From Candidatus Omnitrophota bacterium (lineage in GTDB: Bacteria; Omnitrophota; Gorgyraeia; S143-82), in the NCBI GenBank assembly GCA_015494465.1, contig WGBD01000002.1, positions 197,267-261,266 of the forward strand: DNA of 64,000 bases, given 5' to 3'. Of the stretch, positions 1 through 8,589 are shown in pieces; positions within the stretch are counted from its first letter, which is position 1; each line of letters starts with the position of its first letter. The notes under the pieces were generated by a model. The model was given only the letters and a program-made list of their open reading frames with translations, did not search any database and had not been told where the DNA came from. The position numbers and the translations under genes are program-made.

Positions 1-460
1 AACGCGTCATAAGCTCCTTGTGGAGGCGGAGATTCTCACGAATCACCCTGATCTCTTCCTTCGACTTGCGCATCCGCATGCTTCTTATCTGGCGCTCCTG
101 TTCCCTAGCGAAGCTGACCTCTACCTTCGCCATACGCGCGAGGTCGTCTAGGAGAAAGACCCCGACCCCCCTGTCTACCAACAACTCTTCCACCCGTCTG
201 GGTAACAGACTAGCCACTGTGGAAGGCAGATCCAGCTCTATCTCCACCGGCCGCAGAAAGGGGATCCTCCCGTTGACCTGGAGCAGTTCCTCTTTATACC
301 GAGAATCGCTAATTATGTAGGCCTTATCCGAAAGGAGGAGTAGGTAAGCGTCTCCTCGGAAGTCCGATCCCGAAAGGTAAAACACGCTTGCAGGATAACC
401 GACAAGAAGGGCCTTCCGAGAAGGGAGACGAACGGATCTCAATCTTTCCTCAAAAGGCAT
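1..460 (-). CDS. M24-family metallopeptidase (Xaa-Pro aminopeptidase-like), N-terminal ~153 aa; partial, runs off the left edge of the window
   Basis: Manual minus-strand translation from the ATG at 458-460 gives MPFEERLRSVRLPSRKALLVGYPASVFYLSGSDFRGDAYLLLLSDKAYIISDSRYKEELLQ...RSMRMRKSKEEIRVIRENL with no stop before position 2. The pattern matches a creatinase/prolidase N-domain followed by the R-x-I-K-x-x-E-I-x-x-I-R motif. It is absent from the ORF track because no stop lies in the window. It abuts the BamD-like stop at 461-463. Confidence 0.5.
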   Translation of the reverse strand, partial: MPFEERLRSVRLPSRKALLVGYPASVFYLSGSDFRGDAYLLLLSDKAYIISDSRYKEELLQVNGRIPFLRPVEIELDLPSTVASLLPRRVEELLVDRGVGVFLLDDLARMAKVEVSFAREQERQIRSMRMRKSKEEIRVIRENLRLHKELMTR

Positions 461-1411
461 CTATCTTTCTCCAGGCTTGTCAATGCGCCTGAGAATCTCC
501 TTTGCCTCACGAGCCGACTTGGTCCCGGGGTAATGATCTAACACATCTTCTAAGTATATCTTCGCAGACCTACTATTCCCCTGCTTAAGGTAGAATCGGG
601 CCACCTCTAACAGGTGCTGGGCCTTCTTTTCCTCCAACCCCGCTATAAGCTCCTCTGCTCTTGGGCGGAAGGTGCTATCAGGGTACTTTTTTATAAATCT
701 GCGCAGGGCCTCAATCGCCTTTGTGGTGTATTCCTGATCGTACTGGGGGTCCAAGCTCATCTCGTAGTAGCACATGGCCAATTGATATTCTGCCTTATCC
801 GCAAAATCACTATCCGGATAACTGCGCAATAGTTTCTCAAACGCAGACTTGGCCTCGGCGAACCTCTTTTTTTTCTTGAGATAAAGCCCCTTGTAATACA
901 AGGCCGGAGGCGCATACTTGCCGTTGGGAGAGACCGATATTATGAGGTCGAAGATCTCCGGTGCGGGGTTCTCGATGGGCTTGGTGATGTCCCAGAACTT
1001 GCGCCGATAACCCTGCAAAAACTTCAGTCCCAAATTGTATTCGCGCTCTAGGGCCTTAACGAAATACGGACTAAACGGATACTTGGTGAGAAGCTCTTTA
1101 TAGGCCTTATGGGCAGCGTAATACCTGTGCAGGTCCTCGTATATCCTGCCTATGTTGTACAAGGCCTCGGCCGCCTGGGGGCTGTCAGGGAAACGCTTTA
1201 ACAGGCTCCTCCACTGCTGGAGGGCCTGCTCCGCGTCCTTTTGCTCTTTGGCAAACTTTGCCTGGGCAGATGGGGTGTCCTTTCCTACATCCTTGGCATT
1301 CTCAAATCGCCCCGTCTTGGGGGTCCAGACCCAGAACCCGAACCCATCTCCTCCGGCGAATAATAGGACAACCACTAAGATAGCCGTCAACCAGGATCTA
1401 GTCTTAACCAT
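461..1411 (-). CDS. TPR-repeat outer-membrane assembly-type protein (BamD/YfiO-like)
   Basis: 316 aa with N-terminal hydrophobic signal/anchor and multiple TPR-like repeats rich in Y/A/L/K, e.g. AEALYNIGRIYEDLHRYYAAHKAYKELLTKYP. No lipobox Cys was seen, so the BamD assignment is tentative. Confidence 0.45.
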   Translation of the reverse strand: MVKTRSWLTAILVVVLLFAGGDGFGFWVWTPKTGRFENAKDVGKDTPSAQAKFAKEQKDAEQALQQWRSLLKRFPDSPQAAEALYNIGRIYEDLHRYYAAHKAYKELLTKYPFSPYFVKALEREYNLGLKFLQGYRRKFWDITKPIENPAPEIFDLIISVSPNGKYAPPALYYKGLYLKKKKRFAEAKSAFEKLLRSYPDSDFADKAEYQLAMCYYEMSLDPQYDQEYTTKAIEALRRFIKKYPDSTFRPRAEELIAGLEEKKAQHLLEVARFYLKQGNSRSAKIYLEDVLDHYPGTKSAREAKEILRRIDKPGER

Positions 1412-2012
1412 CCCTCTCCTCCATTAAAACCTTGGCAAGGGCCTTGGCCAGCCCTGCCCTACCCCTGAAGACCTCACTCAATCTACCCGATCTGCGGACT
1501 ATGCGCGCCTGGTAACCCTCGGAAAGGGCGTTTGCCACCGCCAGTTGCACCTTAGAATCGCCCTCCCTCAAGAGGTCAAACGCGGATCGGACTGCCTCTT
1601 CAAGGCTATCCTCCAACTTAAACAAGACCATCCTCCTGCCCTTGGGCAAGAGCCTCGGCCAGAGTTTAGGGAGGGGTACCAGCTTTAACAAGACCTCTCT
1701 TCCCGAATCTAACTTCTTCGATCCTATCACCTCTGGTTGGAAGTCCGAGACCGCACTGGCCTGGACTATCCAGTCGTAACCACCTTCGCAGGCCTCTATA
1801 AGCCTGGAGAGATCCCAATAGGTGTAAAAGCTGGCATCTACCTTATCGTACCTCCAGGCTACAGCCTCTGCCACCCATACATCAACTTCTGCATCTAATT
1901 CCCGAAGGGCCTTTACCAGCTCTACCCCCAGCCGTCCCGAAGAGACATTCGTCAGGACCCTTACGGAGTCTACGGGTACCACGGTAGGACCCGCGATCAC
2001 TAGAACCCTCAT
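1404..2012 (-). CDS. coaB: phosphopantothenate--cysteine ligase (stand-alone CoaB domain)
   Basis: 202 aa. The motif VLTNVSSGRLG resembles the CoaB ITNxSSGKMG nucleotide-binding motif. Overall DFP-family C-terminal-domain layout. No CoaC flavoprotein domain is present. Confidence 0.55.
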   Translation of the reverse strand: MRVLVIAGPTVVPVDSVRVLTNVSSGRLGVELVKALRELDAEVDVWVAEAVAWRYDKVDASFYTYWDLSRLIEACEGGYDWIVQASAVSDFQPEVIGSKKLDSGREVLLKLVPLPKLWPRLLPKGRRMVLFKLEDSLEEAVRSAFDLLREGDSKVQLAVANALSEGYQARIVRRSGRLSEVFRGRAGLAKALAKVLMEERDG

Positions 2013-2491
2013 AACTTGTACCTGAGATCACGCAAGAGTTTTTTTCTGGCGATCACATCCTCCTGGCCCTCTATCCCGTCGGGCATAAAACCATCCACTA
2101 CCCCGATAACGCCCCGTCCCTGCTTGGTATGGGCAACGATCACCTCCAAGGGATTAGCGGTGGCGCAGAAGATCCTACAGACTTCTGGTACCATCTTTAT
2201 GGCGTTAAGCACATTGATCGGATAGCCTTGTTCGAGAACTATAACGAATACATGCCCTGCCCCTATGTTTATGGCGTTATTCGCAGCGACCTTCTTGAGG
2301 TTGTCGTCGTTACCTTCCACTCTAACCAATCTCTTACCTGAGGCCTCGTTAAAGGCAAGACCAAAGCGTATGTTAGGATTGGTGGTGACGATAGCCTCGT
2401 AGATGTCCTCAACCGTCTTTATGAAGTGCGCCTGTCCGATTACAACATTGGCCCCTTCTGGGACGCTGATGTGGACGATGCTAAGCTCCAT
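2009..2491 (-). CDS. small conserved protein, PF04008-like (family annotated as adenosine-specific kinase); function uncertain
   Basis: 160-aa soluble protein resembling archaeal/bacterial ~160-aa PF04008 proteins (IGQAHFIKTVEDI...NAIKMVPEV...DGF). Assignment from memory of the family, not verified. Confidence 0.3.
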   Translation of the reverse strand: MELSIVHISVPEGANVVIGQAHFIKTVEDIYEAIVTTNPNIRFGLAFNEASGKRLVRVEGNDDNLKKVAANNAINIGAGHVFVIVLEQGYPINVLNAIKMVPEVCRIFCATANPLEVIVAHTKQGRGVIGVVDGFMPDGIEGQEDVIARKKLLRDLRYKL

Positions 2492-2529
2492 AACTCCCTC
2501 CCTGGCTTATAGTTTCACCTCTAAATTAC

Positions 2530-3753
2530 TTAGATTATAACACAACCAATCCACCTGTGCCCTAAGCTATTCCACTCCAGATTACCATATATTATCCTAC
2601 CAAACGGATCGATAATACAGGAAAAACCGTCGTTGTTAACCCTGATTACCCATAAACGAAACTTGATAGCCATAACCCGGCTCATAGATAGGTGATAGAG
2701 TTGAGCGAGACCTCTTCCAAACCAATCATCATTGGAGACAACGATAATCCCGTTTACCTTGCCGACCTCTTTTATCCTTCGGGAGACGAGGTAATAAAAA
2801 CTATCTTCGTAACATATCAAGGGCAGGAATCTTTTGCCGTGTATCTCAAAGACCACATCCTCCTTACCCCCGCAATATTCTCCACCACCTTCCGGAACCA
2901 ATGTATCCACAAGACCGCGCACTGCCGGGATCCGGGCAAAAGGAATATACTCCCCAAACGGCACCAACTTTCTCTTCTTATAGGCCTCTATCCCCTCCCC
3001 AGAGATATAGACCTGCGCATTGTAATAACAACCTCCGTCGTGAAGATTTGCACCCAATACGATCCAGTCAAAACGCTTCTTCAGATTGTAGATACGATTC
3101 AATAGATCATCGTCAGGCCAGGTGTATATCGCCATGGTCTCGGGAAATATAACCCCCCTTGGGATAGCCTGTTGGGAGTGTCTATAGGAAGTTAGAACGC
3201 GATCGTACTCTGCCCATATATCGGGCGCCTTATCCATCCTCACCTTGTCCAAGTGCGGGATACCCGTCTGGAACAGACAGACCTCTCCGATACCCAACCT
3301 CCGGGGATACCTAGGTCCATCCCAAACACACAGGATCCCCCCTAATAAGCCCCACAGCCCCACTACCAGTAAGAGCTGGACGAACTTCCTCCCCTCCCAC
3401 CGCAAGAGCAACCTCCCTCCAGAAACCAACACCCACAACACCGATACCGACACCACATAGACCGGAACGATCCGCAATACCTGATTCCAAGGGAAAAACC
3501 ATACCACCCAGGAATATAGATCCCCCCAAGGGAGTCCCCCTAACATCCGGTCCTTGAGGAACTCAAACACCATCCACAATACCGCCCAGCGAACAAAGCC
3601 CCACCGGGAAAGGGGACGAGTGAGGTAGAAAGAGAGCCAAAAGAGCAATACCGCGGTTATTGCGACCAACCAAAGCGCAAGGCAAGAGACATTTATCAGG
3701 AAAGAAAAAACGAAAAAGGCAATTCCAAGGAGAAACCAGATATTTGTGATCAC
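2530..3753 (-). CDS. lnt: apolipoprotein N-acyltransferase
   Basis: 407 aa with an N-terminal polytopic membrane region followed by a CN-hydrolase domain. The catalytic-Cys motif LPLICYEDSFY is present. Confidence 0.8.
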   Translation of the reverse strand: MITNIWFLLGIAFFVFSFLINVSCLALWLVAITAVLLFWLSFYLTRPLSRWGFVRWAVLWMVFEFLKDRMLGGLPWGDLYSWVVWFFPWNQVLRIVPVYVVSVSVLWVLVSGGRLLLRWEGRKFVQLLLVVGLWGLLGGILCVWDGPRYPRRLGIGEVCLFQTGIPHLDKVRMDKAPDIWAEYDRVLTSYRHSQQAIPRGVIFPETMAIYTWPDDDLLNRIYNLKKRFDWIVLGANLHDGGCYYNAQVYISGEGIEAYKKRKLVPFGEYIPFARIPAVRGLVDTLVPEGGGEYCGGKEDVVFEIHGKRFLPLICYEDSFYYLVSRRIKEVGKVNGIIVVSNDDWFGRGLAQLYHLSMSRVMAIKFRLWVIRVNNDGFSCIIDPFGRIIYGNLEWNSLGHRWIGCVII

Positions 3754-4334
3754 CTGGCCGATACTTTGTGAGCTATAACTGGGAAAACGACGCTGAGTTC
3801 GGGATTGGTGGAGGGCTCAGCAGGTCTGCCCGGATCGTACCTACAAGTAAGGGAGACATTCACTACAAAAAAGTCCCCCGCTTGCAGGCCCCCCCGTCCC
3901 ACTGGCCTTGCGGAGATGTCCACTACCCTTCTCGAAATCACAGGTCCCCCATCGACCGACAAGGTATGGGTCGGATCGTCGAAGACATAGAAGACGGTAG
4001 TATCGTCTGAAGAATCCGCTGGGGTATCGTTCACATCCTTGCGATAACCTAGAATCCCATCCGAGGGCCAACCCACAGGGAAGCTAGAGATTCCCTCGCC
4101 CGTCCACAAACCCTCGTGCCCAGGGACCTTTGATCCAATGGCCCCATATCCAGCCTCCCTTTGGAACTGCTCCACAATCATGACGATCTCTTTTCGCACC
4201 TCTTGAAGCCTTTGCTCCCTTCCGACCCTGGTGGTGACCATGTACCAGATAGCGGCAACCGCGGACAAGACCAATCCCGAAACCCCCAAGGTCAACACCA
4301 ACTCCATTAAACTAAACGCCCTCTTTTGTCTCAT
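3750..4334 (-). CDS. prepilin-type N-terminal cleavage/methylation domain protein (minor pseudopilin)
   Basis: N-terminus MRQKRAFSLMELVLTLGVSGLVL is a class III signal. It has Ala, not Gly, at -1. Confidence 0.6.
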   Translation of the reverse strand: MRQKRAFSLMELVLTLGVSGLVLSAVAAIWYMVTTRVGREQRLQEVRKEIVMIVEQFQREAGYGAIGSKVPGHEGLWTGEGISSFPVGWPSDGILGYRKDVNDTPADSSDDTTVFYVFDDPTHTLSVDGGPVISRRVVDISARPVGRGGLQAGDFFVVNVSLTCRYDPGRPAEPSTNPELSVVFPVIAHKVSAR

Positions 4335-4675
4335 AACCGTTCTAGATAGAGGAATACCGGATCGTTAGGATCTACGCCGTTCCCATCCAGATCTGCCCTG
4401 CTCCTGAGGACCTTATACCTAGGATCGTTTATCCCAATACCGATCTGCTGGTAGGTCCCCAAGGCTGGGGCACGACCGGTTAAAGAGAGTTTACCCATCT
4501 CTGATATGGCGATGTTTAGCATGTTCAGATAATAGACCATGTCCTCTATACCGTAGCGCTTCTGCTGAAGGCGTACGGAGTATATCAGACTAGTAAGTCC
4601 GATCCAGACCACCGCTATCACTGCCATCGCAGTCAAGACCTCGAAGAGAGAGAACCCCCGCTTTAAGCTTTCCAT
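4331..4675 (-). CDS. prepilin-type pseudopilin
   Basis: Start taken at the internal Met (cat at 4673-4675), giving MESLKRGFSLFEVLTAMAVIAVV, a canonical G/F-x-x-x-E prepilin leader. The upstream part of the track ORF overlaps the neighbouring gene. Confidence 0.55.
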   Translation of the reverse strand: MESLKRGFSLFEVLTAMAVIAVVWIGLTSLIYSVRLQQKRYGIEDMVYYLNMLNIAISEMGKLSLTGRAPALGTYQQIGIGINDPRYKVLRSRADLDGNGVDPNDPVFLYLERL

Positions 4676-4676
4676 A

Positions 4677-5105
4677 TCAATTGCCCCAGGAATAACAGCA
4701 ACAGCCTCCGCTATCGTCACAAGTTACATTCGGGCTATCCGGACCGATCGACATAACCCTCTTCCTGGAGGTCAAGGTCCTCTCCGCATAGGCAGTGAAG
4801 GTGGGAGGACTGCTGGTCGTATCCACATTTACCCAAAACCGCCAATCCTTGGATTCGATGTCTAGATCGAGGTACTCGTTTACCTCATTAGTGTTAGAAG
4901 CTGTGATGTAATTACCGTTTTCACTGTCCAAGTAGTACAACCTCTCTGCGGTGCGGATAAGGCGCAAGGCAGCCACCGCTTCCCGATTCTTCGCCTCTTC
5001 TATCGACTTTATGAACATCGGGCCGCCGATGGCTGCCAATATGCCGATGATCACTAGGACAGTGACCAATTCCATCAGACTAAAGGCGTCCTCCGCCCTT
5101 CTCAT
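4677..5105 (-). CDS. type IV pilin / GspG-like pseudopilin
   Basis: N-terminus MRRAEDAFSLMELVTVLVIIGILAAIGGPMF is a pilin N-terminal helix. It has Ala at -1. C-terminal Cys-rich segment. Confidence 0.65.
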   Translation of the reverse strand: MRRAEDAFSLMELVTVLVIIGILAAIGGPMFIKSIEEAKNREAVAALRLIRTAERLYYLDSENGNYITASNTNEVNEYLDLDIESKDWRFWVNVDTTSSPPTFTAYAERTLTSRKRVMSIGPDSPNVTCDDSGGCCCYSWGN

Positions 5106-5120
5106 AGCTAGGCACTTACC

Positions 5121-5561
5121 TTAGGAACACTGTGGTATCAAGGCGCCCAATTGAGAAGGCCAGGTGCCGTCGTGACACAGATCACCTTTAGGTCCTATCT
5201 TGATCTGGTAGTTGGTGCCGTAGACATTCTGTACATTATTCCTGGTGACCGCTCCGAGGTATCCGCTGGAGCTGACAGCAGTACCTGGGGTAATACCATT
5301 CACAGAGGCAGTCAATTCCATGTTGAAGTACTTTCCATTGGATACATCTATGTCCAGCTCGTTTATATTCGGGGTAAATATGGCGTGCTCTGCATAATAT
5401 CTCATCTGGGCCATACGGATCATCCCCAACATCCTCTTGGCCTCCGCTATCCTACTGCGCTCTACCGTCTTGAAGTACATCGGACCAGCGATGGAGATCA
5501 GGATCCCGATGATCACCAGGACCATGATCAATTCTAGCAATGTGAAACCCCTCCTGTCCAT
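5121..5561 (-). CDS. type IV pilin / GspG-like major pseudopilin
   Basis: N-terminus MDRRGFTLLELIMVLVIIGILISIAGPMYFK is a canonical prepilin leader plus methylation site. Confidence 0.7.
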   Translation of the reverse strand: MDRRGFTLLELIMVLVIIGILISIAGPMYFKTVERSRIAEAKRMLGMIRMAQMRYYAEHAIFTPNINELDIDVSNGKYFNMELTASVNGITPGTAVSSSGYLGAVTRNNVQNVYGTNYQIKIGPKGDLCHDGTWPSQLGALIPQCS

Positions 5562-5648
5562 CCGACACCTCCTTTTTGTTACTGACCTATCTACCTAAGA
5601 CCGATCCCATTGAAGTATAACACAAAGCGTAAACCCCTGCCAGCGTAT

Positions 5649-6875
5649 TTACTGCCCCATTCCCAGACTCGCCATACGGAAGATGGGTATGAATATAGAG
5701 GCCACCAATACCCCCACTATCCCGGCCAACAGCACCAGGACAATGGGCTCAAGGAGACTGGTAAACTGCACTAAGCGGTTGTCCATCTCCTCTTCGTAAT
5801 ACTTGGCTACGCGATCTAACATCTCAGCTACCTCCCCCACCTCCTCCCCTACGGAGATCATCTGGGTAACGATGGGATCGAAAAAACCCGTTTCCTCTAA
5901 GGCTACGGCCAAGGGGGCCCCCTCCCTGATCATAGACCTAGCTCGCAGGAGGTAGTCCGAAACCACATAATTGTTCGTGCTTTCGGCAACTATCTCTAAT
6001 GCGGTGAGGATAGGAACTCCGCTCTCAGTTAATATGGCCAGGTTGGCAGAGACATTCTCCATGATAGCAAGGCGTACGAAGTCGCTGATAAACGGCACCT
6101 CTAATACGAATCTATCCCACAAGGCCTTTCCCACGGAAGAGGAGAGAAACAGTCTAAACAAAACTACCAACACTATCAGCCCTAATATAAGCACGAACCC
6201 ATTGTTTCTTAACATCTCGCTGAAGCCTATCACCATCTTCGTTATCTCTGGCAGATCCTGTCCAAATCCCTGAAATATTTCTTTGAACCTCGGCACTACA
6301 AACATCGACAGAAATAGGATCACCCCGATAGAAGCGACTAGGAGGAACGCAGGATATACCAAGGCACTGGTGACCTTCTTTACAAAAGAGGCCTGTTTCT
6401 CGATGTGGTCGGCAAGGCGCCTTAGTATTCTAGCCAGCTCACCCGTAGCCTCTCCAGTCCTTATCACGCTCAACCACAACTTGTCGAAGACATCCGGGTG
6501 CTTAGACATCGCCTTCTCTAAGGACCATCCTGCAGAGACTGATTCCTGTACGCTCTGGAGAACTGCCTCCATCTTCCGGCTATTGGTAGAGGACTTGAGC
6601 ACACCCAAAACCCTCAACAAGGGGACCCCTGCTCCGATCATCACCGCCATCTGCCGAGCGAGAAAGAGGTAATCCTCCAACTTGATACCGCTGTGTTTTC
6701 TCCTTGCACTCCGCCTTTTTCCGCGTAGAGAAGGTGCAACATAGGGGCGAATCGAGAGAGGAATCCATCCCTTTTCGTTTATGTAAGAAAGGACCTCGTC
6801 TTCCGAGTCTGCCTTAAAGGTGCCGGTTACCCTCTTACCCGCTTCTGTCGTAGCTACATAGGTATATATCCCCAT
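5649..6875 (-). CDS. type IV filament platform protein (PilC/GspF family)
   Basis: 408 aa with two repeated T2SSF domains and three TM segments. Typical GspF/PilC layout. Confidence 0.85.
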   Translation of the reverse strand: MGIYTYVATTEAGKRVTGTFKADSEDEVLSYINEKGWIPLSIRPYVAPSLRGKRRSARRKHSGIKLEDYLFLARQMAVMIGAGVPLLRVLGVLKSSTNSRKMEAVLQSVQESVSAGWSLEKAMSKHPDVFDKLWLSVIRTGEATGELARILRRLADHIEKQASFVKKVTSALVYPAFLLVASIGVILFLSMFVVPRFKEIFQGFGQDLPEITKMVIGFSEMLRNNGFVLILGLIVLVVLFRLFLSSSVGKALWDRFVLEVPFISDFVRLAIMENVSANLAILTESGVPILTALEIVAESTNNYVVSDYLLRARSMIREGAPLAVALEETGFFDPIVTQMISVGEEVGEVAEMLDRVAKYYEEEMDNRLVQFTSLLEPIVLVLLAGIVGVLVASIFIPIFRMASLGMGQ

Positions 6876-6885
6876 TGTCGTGTAA

Positions 6886-8577
6886 CTATAGAGTGGCCGC
6901 TACCGCCTCTTCAATAGAGGTAGTACCGTCTTTTACCTTGTTAAGTGCCGCCTTCCAGAGCGTCGTCATACCCCGCCCCACCGCTACGGACTTGATCTCC
7001 TGAGAGTCCGCCCTCTTACTTATCAACCTCCTGATCTCGTCGTCAACCACTAATATCTCGTGGATGGCCACTCGACCCTTGTATCCACTGTAATTACAAT
7101 CTTCACAGCCTTTTGGCCGATAGGCCAGATCTATCCCCTCTTCTATCAACAGCTCGTCCATCTGTCCCTTACCCGTCTGGGGTTCGTACGGTTCCTTACA
7201 CTTGGGACACAAGACCTTTACCAACCGCTGAGCAACCACGATCAAGAGGGAGGGCATCAAAAGAAACGGCTCTACACCCATGTCTATAAGACGGGTAACC
7301 GCAGACGGGGCGTCGTTGGTGTGCAGGGTGCTGAGAACCAGGTGCCCAGTTAACGCTGCCCTTATACAGATCTCCGCAGTCTCCAGGTCCCTAACCTCTC
7401 CCACCATGATTATGTCTGGGTCCTGGCGCAAGAAGGCCCTCAGGACATTAGCAAATGTCAACCCTATGGAAGGTTTGATACTTACCTGGTTTATGCCGTC
7501 CAATTGATATTCCACCGGATCCTCTACGGTCATTATGTTCTTGTGTACGCTGTTGATCTCGCTAAGCGCGGCGTACAGAGTGGTCGTCTTACCACTCCCA
7601 GTGGGCCCGGTCAGGAATACGAGGCCGTAGGGACTATGGATGGCCTTCCTGAAGGTCTCTAGATCCGTAGGGTTGAATCCCAGCTTAGAAAGGTCTAACG
7701 GTACTCTAGTCTTGTCCAAGATCCTCAACACCACCTTTTCTCCCCAGATGGTGGGCACCGTCGAGACTCTAAGATCGATGATCCTATCGTCAACTTTTAC
7801 ACTCATAGCCCCGTCCTGAGGCAACCGTTTTTCGGCTATGTCCAGACGGGACATTATCTTGATGCGGGATACTATGGGCATGTGGAGCTTCTTGGGTGGA
7901 GCGGGAATCTCGTAGAGGAGTCCGTCTATCCTGTATCGCACGACCAATCTATCCCGCTGAGGTTCTATGTGTATGTCACTAGCGTTCTGTTTAACCGCCT
8001 GTTTTATCATGAGGTCTACTAAGTGGATTACCGGCGCATCCTCACCCGAGACCTCCAGAGAATCTATCGTACGCCCGCTCAACTCCGCGGGCTCAAATCC
8101 CTCAACCTGATCTTTTACGGTATCTATCGCGGACTGAAATATCTCCGCCCCCTTGTAGAACTTGTCTATTGCCTTCTTGATGTCCGTAGGGGTGGCCACT
8201 ACCCTTTGAATTTCACATCCCGTAATCTTTGATATGTGATCCAAGGCCCATATGTCCAAGGGATCCGCCATTGCACAGGTAAGCACGGATCCTTGCTTGA
8301 TGATAGGGAAAACCAGATACTGCGTTGCAACCTCGTAGGGGATCAATTTCTCCAAACCCTGATTAGGAGCCATCTTCAACATACCAGAATTCCAGGAAAA
8401 GTAGGGGATGGAGAGCTTTTTGGCCAGGGCCATAGCTACTGCTTCTTCTGTCACATAGCCCAACTCTATCAGGATCATCCCCAGAGGACGGGGATCTTGC
8501 TTTTGGATTTCTAGTGCCTCTTTCAGCTGTTCTTCGGTCAACAAACCCTCTTGTATAAGGAGATCACCTATTCGCAT
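6886..8577 (-). CDS. type IV filament assembly ATPase (PilB/GspE family)
   Basis: 563 aa. N-terminal GSPII_E_N-like domain, Walker A GPTGSGKTT, and a tetracysteine CPKC...CEDC motif. Confidence 0.9.
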   Translation of the reverse strand: MRIGDLLIQEGLLTEEQLKEALEIQKQDPRPLGMILIELGYVTEEAVAMALAKKLSIPYFSWNSGMLKMAPNQGLEKLIPYEVATQYLVFPIIKQGSVLTCAMADPLDIWALDHISKITGCEIQRVVATPTDIKKAIDKFYKGAEIFQSAIDTVKDQVEGFEPAELSGRTIDSLEVSGEDAPVIHLVDLMIKQAVKQNASDIHIEPQRDRLVVRYRIDGLLYEIPAPPKKLHMPIVSRIKIMSRLDIAEKRLPQDGAMSVKVDDRIIDLRVSTVPTIWGEKVVLRILDKTRVPLDLSKLGFNPTDLETFRKAIHSPYGLVFLTGPTGSGKTTTLYAALSEINSVHKNIMTVEDPVEYQLDGINQVSIKPSIGLTFANVLRAFLRQDPDIIMVGEVRDLETAEICIRAALTGHLVLSTLHTNDAPSAVTRLIDMGVEPFLLMPSLLIVVAQRLVKVLCPKCKEPYEPQTGKGQMDELLIEEGIDLAYRPKGCEDCNYSGYKGRVAIHEILVVDDEIRRLISKRADSQEIKSVAVGRGMTTLWKAALNKVKDGTTSIEEAVAATL

Positions 8578-8589
8578 CTTGCATCCCGA

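Noticed and set aside
5151-5537. 128-aa plus-strand ORF antisense to the major pilin gene
   Set aside because: Antisense shadow. The pilin prepilin leader on the minus strand is unambiguous.
5568-5585. Sigma-54-like promoter upstream of the 5121-5561 pilin gene (minus strand CTGGCAGGGGTTTACGC)
   Set aside because: The GG element is present, but the -12 region reads TACG instead of TTGC at the required spacing. It is not a convincing match, unlike the flgB and flgF promoters.
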